Virus record (IMG/VR): IMGVR_UViG_3300045988_094110
Source: a virus
Length of the DNA stretch: 35,590 nt
Reading direction: 5' to 3' (one strand)
The position numbers and the translations under genes are program-made. Below the pieces are notes generated by a model. The model was not told the DNA's origin, ran no database searches, and was given only the letters and a program-made list of their open reading frames with translations. This document shows, piece by piece, positions 22,196 to 29,137 of the stretch. Within the stretch, counting starts at the first letter, position 1; each line of letters starts with the position of its first letter.

Positions 22196-23011
22196 ATGGA
22201 CAATCCTGGATTTTTCGCCATTCTCCCCGCCACGGTGCGGTATGATCGGCGGCTGAAGCCCGCCGAAAAGATTTTTTACGCAGAGATCACCTCTCTGGCC
22301 GAGAAGACAGGCTACTGCTACGCGAGCAACGCCTACTTCTGCCCGTTGTACGACACAACGGAGCGCACAGTCCAGCGCTGGGTGAAGCACCTGCAGGAGC
22401 TGGGCTATGTGGCCGTTAGCTACGCCCGGGACGGCGCAGCCAATCAGCGGTACATTTCCCCGCTGGTCGGCCTCGTGCCGGATGTATGCGCCGAAAACCA
22501 CCCCGACAAAAATGTCGGTGAGCGACACCAGGTGTCGTTGGGCGACAAAAATGTCGCACCCACCCCGACAAAAATGTCGCCTACCCCCCGACAAAAATGT
22601 CACCCAGAACAATACAAGAATAACAATACAAGAGAGAACAATACGCGTGCGGGCGCGCGCGCGAGGGAGACTGCCGCGGAAATACTGCAACAGGCCTTCC
22701 CCGAGGATGCGCGGCTGACCGCTGCGCTGCTCTCCTTTGCTGAGAGCCGGGCGGTCGGCAAGCACCCTCTGACGGCCAACGCCGCCAAGCTGGCCTGCAG
22801 CAAGCTCATCCAGCTGGCCGATGAGGCTGGTGTCCGTGACCGCTACGGCTACATGGCCGCCGTGCTGGAGCAGAGCATTCTGCGCGGCTGGGAGGGACTT
22901 TTCCCCCTGAAAGATGATTTCACCGACCGCGCCCCGGCGGTGCAGCCGGTCAACGGGCAGGATCGCCCGCGTGAGATCAGCCCGGACGATGATATCACTG
23001 ATTTTCTGTGA
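22196..23011 (+). CDS. Replication initiator / replisome organiser with an N-terminal winged-HTH
   Basis: N-terminus reads FYAEITSLAEKTGYCYASNAYFCPLYDTTERTVQRWVKHLQELGYV. Iterons are embedded in a low-complexity linker. It is followed by a helicase. Confidence 0.65.
   Translation: MDNPGFFAILPATVRYDRRLKPAEKIFYAEITSLAEKTGYCYASNAYFCPLYDTTERTVQRWVKHLQELGYVAVSYARDGAANQRYISPLVGLVPDVCAENHPDKNVGERHQVSLGDKNVAPTPTKMSPTPRQKCHPEQYKNNNTRENNTRAGARARETAAEILQQAFPEDARLTAALLSFAESRAVGKHPLTANAAKLACSKLIQLADEAGVRDRYGYMAAVLEQSILRGWEGLFPLKDDFTDRAPAVQPVNGQDRPREISPDDDITDFL
22504..22602 (+). repeat. Origin iterons: 4x CGACAAAAATGTC(G/A) plus variant CGACACCAGGTGTCG
   Basis: Copies start at 22504, 22543, 22566 and 22589, with the variant at 22523. 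Each copy is itself palindromic (CGACA-AAAA-TGTCG). Spacing is ~19-23 nt. Confidence 0.75.
22608..22645 (+). repeat. AT-rich direct repeats AACAATACAAGA x2 plus AACAATACG (putative unwinding element)
   Basis: Copies at 22608, 22622 and 22637, immediately after the iterons. Confidence 0.6.
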
Positions 23012-23019
23012 GGTTAGGC

Positions 23020-24342
23020 ATGGAGAAAACAATGGACAGGCGCACCGCCAACCAGTGGGCGTTTCTGGGTGCAGCGCTGATGGATCCCGAGGCCGCGCGG
23101 CCCTATATGTCCCGGATGGTGGCGGCCATGTTTGCCCCCGGAGGGTGCCGGGAGGTCTTTGCTGCGGTTCAGCGGCTCTCGCTGGGCGGGCAGGCGGTGG
23201 ATGTGATCACGGTCGCCAATGCCGCACAGGCCGCAACCGGCAGGGACTGCAAGGCGCTGCTGGTGCAGATGGCCGATACATGCCCGAGTGTTACCAATAT
23301 CGGCAGCTATGCCGCGCAGATTCTGGAGGATTACCGGTACGAGCTGCTGCAGGCAGATCTGATGAAGTGCATGGCCAAGGACGCAATGGACGCCGACAGT
23401 GTTTGCCGCCAGCTGCGCCGCACGCTGGCGATGCAGGACGCCATCAGCACAACGCAGGCCGACACCACCGCGCGGGAGTTTGATGCCGTGCTGGAAACGG
23501 CACTGGCCCAGCTGGATGAGCCGGACACCAGCCTGAAGCTGGGCTGGCCGGAGCTTGACCGGTACGGTGTATTCCACCGCGGCCGCACCTGCGTGGTGGC
23601 CGGCCGGCCCGGCTGCGGCAAGACGGATTTCAGCATCAATCTGGCAAGCCGACTGAGCAAAAAGTACCGCGTCTACTACCTGACGCTGGAGGAGACGGCA
23701 GAGGCGCTGATGGACCGCATCCTCTCCAAGGTCAGCCGCATCGACAGCGGCAAGCTGACCAACAAGACCCTGACACCGCGCGAGCGGGAGATCATCGACA
23801 ACACGGCGGGCATCCTGCGCCGCCACCACAACATGATGCTGGACGCCGACAGCAACCTGACGATTGACGGGCTGGAGGCAAAGCTTATCCAGCACAAACC
23901 GGACATCGCCTTTATTGACCACATCGGACTGCTAAGCCCCACCGACCCGCGCCAGACCGAGTACCAGAGCATCCGCGAGATCACCCGGCGGCTGAAGGTG
24001 GCCGCCATGAAAATGGGCATCGTCATTGTGGAGCTGTGCCAGATCAACCGCGCCGGAGTGAAGGGCAACGAGGGCCGCTTCTGCAATTTGGAGGATCTGC
24101 GCGGCTCCGGCACGATTGAGCAGGACGCCAACAGCGCGATCTTTGTGGAGAACAGGCGCACCGAGGACAGCAAGGAGCTGCGCGGCGAGGACGCCTATCA
24201 GGATACCGCCGTTATGTACGCCAAGAACCGCGAGGGGCCGACGGGCGTTGTGTCCATGCGATGGCAGCCCCAATACCATCAATGGCAGCCGACCCCTAAA
24301 GAGGATTTTGAAGAAATCGACCAGATGAACTGGCCGCAATAA
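23020..24342 (+). CDS. dnaB: Replicative DNA helicase, DnaB family
   Basis: Walker A VVAGRPGCGKTDF, plus DnaB_C-like motifs (IDHIGLL, IVELCQINR, LRGSGTIEQDA). ATG 23020 lies 6 nt after GAGG. Confidence 0.85.
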   Translation: MEKTMDRRTANQWAFLGAALMDPEAARPYMSRMVAAMFAPGGCREVFAAVQRLSLGGQAVDVITVANAAQAATGRDCKALLVQMADTCPSVTNIGSYAAQILEDYRYELLQADLMKCMAKDAMDADSVCRQLRRTLAMQDAISTTQADTTAREFDAVLETALAQLDEPDTSLKLGWPELDRYGVFHRGRTCVVAGRPGCGKTDFSINLASRLSKKYRVYYLTLEETAEALMDRILSKVSRIDSGKLTNKTLTPREREIIDNTAGILRRHHNMMLDADSNLTIDGLEAKLIQHKPDIAFIDHIGLLSPTDPRQTEYQSIREITRRLKVAAMKMGIVIVELCQINRAGVKGNEGRFCNLEDLRGSGTIEQDANSAIFVENRRTEDSKELRGEDAYQDTAVMYAKNREGPTGVVSMRWQPQYHQWQPTPKEDFEEIDQMNWPQ

Positions 24343-24375
24343 CACCCGCCGCCCCGGCGGGACAGGAGGATTACT

Positions 24376-25155
24376 ATGATCAGCATTGCAATTATCAACT
24401 TGAAGGGCGGCGTCGGAAAATCCGTCACCGCCTGCAACCTGGCCGCCGAGCTGGCCGCCAAGAGCAAGAGCGTTCTGGTGGTGGACCTCGACAAGCAGGG
24501 CAACACCAGCAAGTTCTTTGGCGTGTTGGACTACGACAGCCCCAGCGTGGCCGAGGTGATGCTGGGCGAGGACGACATCATGGCGGCCATTGTGAAGGGC
24601 GTCGATGTTTGGGGCGTACATCTGCTGCCCTGCGACATGCGAATGCTAAAGGCCAACCGCACGATACTGATGGACAACGGCCCGCGGCAGTTCCATCTGA
24701 GGGACGCGCTGAAATGTGTGGCCGGGGACTACGACTACTGCATCATGGACTGCCCGCCGGACTTGGACATGGGCAGTATCAACGCCCTGTGCGCGGCTGA
24801 CTGGGTCATCATCCCGGTGGACTGTGACAAGTGGGCCTGCGACGGGATGCAGGAGATAGTAGAGCAGATCGAGCAGGTGCAGGCCTACTACAACCCGCGC
24901 CTGAAGATCATGGGTGCGCTGATGACGAAGTACCGCCGCACCCGGTACGCGGAGGACATCATCGTTCAACTGTGCGCGTCGGGAATCAGCGTGCTGGAGA
25001 CTGTCATACGCTACACCGTCAAGGTCAGCGAGGCCGCGCATGCAGGCATGCCGCTGTTGGAATACTGCCCGGACTGCACGGCAGCGGTGGATTACAGGGA
25101 GCTGACGGAAGAAGTTGAGCGGATCGTGTCCAATGTGGACACAAAGGAGGGCTAA
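24376..25155 (+). CDS. parA: ParA/Soj-family partition ATPase
   Basis: Deviant Walker A NLKGGVGKSVTACNLA, with RBS AGGAGG upstream. Confidence 0.85.
   Translation: MISIAIINLKGGVGKSVTACNLAAELAAKSKSVLVVDLDKQGNTSKFFGVLDYDSPSVAEVMLGEDDIMAAIVKGVDVWGVHLLPCDMRMLKANRTILMDNGPRQFHLRDALKCVAGDYDYCIMDCPPDLDMGSINALCAADWVIIPVDCDKWACDGMQEIVEQIEQVQAYYNPRLKIMGALMTKYRRTRYAEDIIVQLCASGISVLETVIRYTVKVSEAAHAGMPLLEYCPDCTAAVDYRELTEEVERIVSNVDTKEG
25126..25142. repeat. 17-bp palindrome family copy 6: GTGTCCA-atg-TGGACAC (perfect)
   Basis: Read directly. It lies in the last codons of parA (V-S-N-V-D-T), directly 5' of the parB RBS AAGGAGG. Confidence 0.9.
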
Positions 25156-25158
25156 GCG

Positions 25159-26553
25159 ATGAGTAAGGGATTTTCTATCAACGACATTCTCGGCAGCACA
25201 AAAGCCAACGCCCCGGCGGGGCAGAAAATGCAGGTCGTCATGCTGCCGGCGGCAGACATCGAGCCGAACCCGGAAAATAGCATCTACGAGATCGGAGATG
25301 TATCGATGCTCAAAGCCGACATTGCCGAGCGCGGCCTGCGCAGCCCGCTGGAGGTTCTGCCCGCCCGGGCCGGGAAGTATATGCTGCTGGCCGGCCACCG
25401 GCGCTGGACAGCTTGCCGGGCCCTGACTGCCGAGGGCGTGGCCGGGTTTGAGGTCCTGCCCTGCGTTATCCGCCAGAGTCAGGGCGAGGATGACGACTTG
25501 ATCGCGCTGATCACCTCCAACGCCACAGCGCGCGAGCTGACGGACGGTGAGCGGCTGCGCCAGTACCGGGCACTCAAGCAGGCACTCGAACGCAAAAAGG
25601 CGGCGGGTGCGCTCGATGGCCGCATCCGTGATGAGATGAGCCGCATCACCGGCGATGGCACCGGCACACTGGGGAGGCTGAATGCCATCGCCAACAACTG
25701 CGTGCCGGAGGTTCTGGCGATGGTGGAGCGCGGCGAGATCACCATGACGCGGGCCTACGAGTGCAGCAAGCTTTACAAGGTGCAGCAGGCAGAATACGCC
25801 AAAAACAAGTACGCCACTATGCCGCCCATCACCGATATGGCCCGGCGGGCGGCCATCAAGTATCTGGTCGAGTGCGGCCTGGCCGGCCAGTTTAAGAAGC
25901 TCGACTACGTTCACAAGAGCGAATGGAACTACGCTGACAACAGGCTGGATGCCCGAAAGCTGGAGCCTGTGACGCTGGATCTGACTGAGGGCGAGACGGA
26001 TGCGCTGCTGCGCATTGAGCCTTCTGGTTGTTACAACTTTCGCGTCAGGATGCTGGACCCGGCGGATACAAACGAGGTTATTGCCGAAAGCTCACTCACT
26101 ACACGAGATTTGTTCGATGCCGCCAAGCGCCTGTACATCAACAAGGACGATCTGGCGGCGTACAAGGCCGAGGTGAAGGGCAAGCGTGATCAGGAGCGTG
26201 CCCGGCAGGAGGAGGCCGGAAAGTGGCAGGCGCTGGCCCGGCAGGAGCTGGAGGCGTTCGACAGCTGGCCGCTTGTGACGCGGCTGAAGGACCTGGGCCT
26301 GACGATCCGTGAGCGGAAGATGGCAGACGGCGGGCGGCTTATCATTGCCGTGGATGACCTGACGCGCTTTTCAGGCCATGTGGACGGCTTCCAATACCGC
26401 GAGTGCTTCGCAGTGCGCCTCGGGCCGAACGGCGAGCGCGCAGGCCGGGACGGAGACATCAATGCGCTGGAATGGTACAAGCGCTGGTACAGCACCGGCG
26501 CGGGCATTGAGAACTACATTGCCGAGGACATCGAGAGGAGCGAGAAGAAGTGA
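25159..26553 (+). CDS. parB: ParB-like protein (ParB/Srx N-terminal domain) with a long C-terminal extension
   Basis: NPENSIYEIGDVSMLKADIAERGLRSPLEV....LLAGHRRWTACRAL matches ParB box motifs. Confidence 0.75.
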   Translation: MSKGFSINDILGSTKANAPAGQKMQVVMLPAADIEPNPENSIYEIGDVSMLKADIAERGLRSPLEVLPARAGKYMLLAGHRRWTACRALTAEGVAGFEVLPCVIRQSQGEDDDLIALITSNATARELTDGERLRQYRALKQALERKKAAGALDGRIRDEMSRITGDGTGTLGRLNAIANNCVPEVLAMVERGEITMTRAYECSKLYKVQQAEYAKNKYATMPPITDMARRAAIKYLVECGLAGQFKKLDYVHKSEWNYADNRLDARKLEPVTLDLTEGETDALLRIEPSGCYNFRVRMLDPADTNEVIAESSLTTRDLFDAAKRLYINKDDLAAYKAEVKGKRDQERARQEEAGKWQALARQELEAFDSWPLVTRLKDLGLTIRERKMADGGRLIIAVDDLTRFSGHVDGFQYRECFAVRLGPNGERAGRDGDINALEWYKRWYSTGAGIENYIAEDIERSEKK

Positions 26554-26813
26554 AGTGCATGTACAACCAGAGCAAGCGCGGCTTGCCGTCCGATGTGCGG
26601 ACGATGGCGCTGAAGGTCGATGCGGTAGTCAGCCGCGCATGGAACGAGATGCTGGTGGCGATGGAGCAGTCCGGCCTCAGCGCAAAGACGATCAACAAGA
26701 CAAGAGAGAAGCTGACCGAGGTCGTGCTGCCCTATGTGGATGATTTACGCAACCCCAACGGTGGGCTGAAGAATGCCGGCAACCCGCAAAATGTGAGGGA
26801 TGGCGACATCTGA
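26550..26813 (+). CDS. Hypothetical protein
   Basis: 87-aa ORF. GTG 26550 overlaps the parB stop. An alternative start is ATG 26559. Confidence 0.4.
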   Translation: MKCMYNQSKRGLPSDVRTMALKVDAVVSRAWNEMLVAMEQSGLSAKTINKTREKLTEVVLPYVDDLRNPNGGLKNAGNPQNVRDGDI

Positions 26814-26915
26814 GTGCAGGCCTATCTCGTGGCGCGCGGCATCAAGGCGTTCGATGTCCCGGAGGTGGACTATGGAGAAGATCACGTTTGACGTAGATCA
26901 GTAAGGAGCGAGACT

Positions 26916-27284
26916 ATGGACGCAATACAATTCTTGAAAATTGTTGGACGGATTTGCAAGGCGAATGACGGAAAATGTGATGAGTGCCCATTAGATAAAT
27001 ACCCCTGCAGTGCATATATAAACCGCATAAGAGACGCTGAACCAGATAGTGGCATTGAAGAAATGGTAAACATTGCAGATAGGTGGGCAAAAGATCACCC
27101 CTTCAATACCCGCCAGAGCCAGTTATTGAAGATGTTTCCAGATGCGAGAACCGATGACGCCGGAATCCTTGTTTATTGTCCAGATGCTTTCATTGCAAAA
27201 GAAATAAGTGCCGAATATTGCAACAAATACAATAAATGCCAAGAGTGTCGCAAAGACTACTGGCTTGCGGAGGTGGACACATGA
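26916..27284 (+). CDS. Cys-rich hypothetical protein on a low-G+C insert (moron)
   Basis: 122 aa with RBS AAGGAG. Cys clusters: CKANDGKCDECP...C and C...CNKYNKCQEC. Sampled lines are ~33-42% G+C. Confidence 0.55.
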   Translation: MDAIQFLKIVGRICKANDGKCDECPLDKYPCSAYINRIRDAEPDSGIEEMVNIADRWAKDHPFNTRQSQLLKMFPDARTDDAGILVYCPDAFIAKEISAEYCNKYNKCQECRKDYWLAEVDT

Positions 27285-27709
27285 ACTACGATGAGTGCGT
27301 TGCGTGGATGGGCCGCTACTGCGCAGCCAAGCATGCGGCACCGCGCCTGCGGGAGAAACTTGCCGAGGAGACCCGGCGGGCCGAGTATGCAGAGGTCCTG
27401 CGAAAAGCCCCGGCGGGTACGGCAGAGACAAATCTTGAGAGTGCCATTGCCAGCATCAATGCCCGGCGGGAGAAGCTGGCCGCCCAGCTGACGGCCGGTG
27501 AGGCCGCGCAGGTGGAGATCGAGGAAGCCATTGGCAAGGTCCCGGACGCGCTGGAGCGCGAGGTCCTGCAGGCGCGGTACATCGATGGACGCACCAATCG
27601 TCAGATCGCGGCACGGATGAGAGTGAGCGAGCGCTATGTACGCAAGCTGCACCGGAGAGGAATTTTGCAAATTTTAAAATTAGTTCCGCTTAGTTCCGCC
27701 CAGGTGTGA
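27281..27709 (+). CDS. Late-gene transcriptional regulator (sigma region-4-like / DUF1492-like)
   Basis: The C-terminus LEREVLQARYIDGRTNRQIAARMRVSERYVRKLHRRGILQI is a sigma70 region-4-type HTH. It lies upstream of the packaging genes. ATG 27281 follows GGAGGTGG. Confidence 0.6.
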   Translation: MNYDECVAWMGRYCAAKHAAPRLREKLAEETRRAEYAEVLRKAPAGTAETNLESAIASINARREKLAAQLTAGEAAQVEIEEAIGKVPDALEREVLQARYIDGRTNRQIAARMRVSERYVRKLHRRGILQILKLVPLSSAQV

Positions 27710-27776
27710 TACACTCAGGTTGCCGGGTGATGGGGCTTGACACACGGCGCTGCAATGTTTGCGAAACCTCCTAGAG

Positions 27777-27810
27777 GGAAACAGTCGCCCCAGCTGGGAC
27801 GGCTGTTTTC
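27777..27810 (+). terminator. Rho-independent terminator after the late regulator
   Basis: 15-bp stem ggaaacagtcgcccc / gggacggctgttttc with loop agct. The 3' arm ends in TTTTCTT. Confidence 0.6.
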
Positions 27811-27854
27811 TTGGTATCCAGGCGCAGGGTATGCAGGGCGGGCGGGTACGCCTG

Positions 27855-27881
27855 GCCGGTTCGATTCCGGCAGCTTGGCCA
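27855..27881 (+). other. tRNA T-arm/acceptor-like fragment (GCCGG-TTCGATT-CCGGC-agcttgg-cca)
   Basis: Canonical 5-bp T-stem, 7-nt TTCGATT loop, then 7 nt and CCA. I could not build a matching 5' acceptor strand or cloverleaf. Confidence 0.3.
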
Positions 27882-28390
27882 TGTATTTTCTCCTTTCCCT
27901 TTCACAGCTGACAGCCGGGAAAGACCGGCACTATATGAGACGCACGAGTCCGTATGAGGTCTTGTGCGCGAATACTGGCGCAAGAGAGGCTACCGGCCTT
28001 TTCGCGCCCGCTTTATTCTTTTTCCGTGTCTGCTGGCGGGTAAGTTCAGCAGAACCGCCGCGGGTCAAGCGGATCGCGCCATATCATCCGAGGTGGCGCG
28101 GTTCCCGGCCTCAAGGTCGTTCTGGGCCGGGGTTGTATGCTGTATAGCCAACCGCTAGACTCCACACGGCGGGATGGGCGCTGTGCTCCGCAAGCAAGGC
28201 ACGGCGCAGGTGCAAGGCCTGCATGCAGTACCAGTACGCCGCTGTCGGCGTAGCAATAAATTGGCAGATGACGGGCGGAAATAGACCGCCATGCCCGGCG
28301 GGCGGGAGAGGCTCAACTACATCGAGACAAAGAAACTCCGTCTCGCGCCGCTGGGCAGCTATTGTATTCACTACGGCCCGGCGGGTCAGC

Positions 28391-28407
28391 GTGTCCACGT
28401 TGGACAC
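28391..28407. repeat. 17-bp palindrome family copy 7: GTGTCCA-cgt-TGGACAC (perfect)
   Basis: Read directly. It lies in the non-coding region, 40 nt upstream of the HNH start. Confidence 0.9.
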
Positions 28408-28446
28408 AAAACGCCGGACCAAGAAAATATACCGGGAGGGGTGTGC

Positions 28447-28815
28447 ATGAAAATGACCCCCACGAAAAACAACCCCCGCTATGCCAACGGCAATCTGCGG
28501 CGCAAGCATAGGGCCAGACTCCGGGCCATGGGGTGCGAGTGCGGCATCTGCCATGGGCGGTTCGGGCCGATTCATTACGACGAGCCGAGCGATGCGGCGC
28601 ATCCGCTGAGCTTTGTTGTGGATGAAATCAAGCCTGTTGCTAAATGGAAACAGTTTGGTTATCCGTCAGCGCGGGCCGCAGCGGAGGATTGGGACAATCT
28701 GCAAGCTGCGCATTACTTTTGCAATGCGCAAAAACGAGACAAAACAGCGAGTTTTTCGCTTGATTTCGGTGCAAAAATGACGAAAATTCCCAAGATTACG
28801 GACGGCAGCTGGTAG
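28447..28815 (+). CDS. Packaging-associated HNH-family protein (variant motif)
   Basis: ATG 28447 follows GGGAGGGG (the ORF track starts at 28291). It reads CECGIC...VVDEIKPV...NLQAAHYFCNAQK, where canonical proteins read DHI.P...N...C..CN..K. Confidence 0.7.
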   Translation: MKMTPTKNNPRYANGNLRRKHRARLRAMGCECGICHGRFGPIHYDEPSDAAHPLSFVVDEIKPVAKWKQFGYPSARAAAEDWDNLQAAHYFCNAQKRDKTASFSLDFGAKMTKIPKITDGSW

Positions 28816-28817
28816 GT

Positions 28818-28836
28818 GGGGAGGGTCCCCCTCCCC
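28818..28836 (+). other. G/C hairpin GGGGAGGG-tcc-CCCTCCCC between HNH and the small terminase
   Basis: 8-bp perfect stem, 3-nt loop, no T-run. Confidence 0.4.
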
Positions 28837-28882
28837 CGCCCACGGCGACCCTGCTGCTGTCCAGCGCCGATTTACACACGGG

Positions 28883-29137
28883 GTGTTTATGAAGCTGAAG
28901 AATGTGAAGGGCGGAAGGCTTGAGGAGCTGAAAAACCTGAAGCTGGTGCTGGCGGCGGCAATCGACGGGTACAGTGACCCCAAGGCGCTGCCGCAGCTGG
29001 CAAAGCAGTACCGGGAAACGGTACGGGAGATTGAGGAGATAGAGGGAGCGGCGAACAGTGAGGACGAGATCGGTGAAATCCTTGGCGAGCGCGCCGCTGA
29101 TGGGAAGTCAGGAGCCGTCCGAAAGAGTCGCACCTGA
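28883..29137 (+). CDS. Putative terminase small subunit
   Basis: 84-aa charged ORF directly upstream of, and overlapping, the large terminase. ATG 28889 is an alternative start. Confidence 0.4.
   Translation: MFMKLKNVKGGRLEELKNLKLVLAAAIDGYSDPKALPQLAKQYRETVREIEEIEGAANSEDEIGEILGERAADGKSGAVRKSRT

Noticed and set aside
22504-22602. CRISPR-like regularly spaced repeats
   Set aside because: The repeats are only 14 nt with ~5-9-nt spacers, lie inside the initiator CDS, and are individually palindromic. This is typical of origin iterons, not a CRISPR array.
24646-25914. 422-aa minus-strand ORF opposite parA/parB. Similar cases occur at 17792-18649, 19389-20207, 20882-21667, 22169-23032 and 23014-23922.
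   Set aside because: These are shadow ORFs opposite genes that have clear motifs (Walker A, ParB box, DnaB and others). None has a start context or a family signature.
27811-27881. Complete tRNA gene ending at the GGTTCGATTCC T-arm
   Set aside because: No 5' acceptor strand complementary to agcttgg exists at the required distance, and no D-arm or anticodon arm could be folded. Only a T-arm and acceptor fragment is supported.
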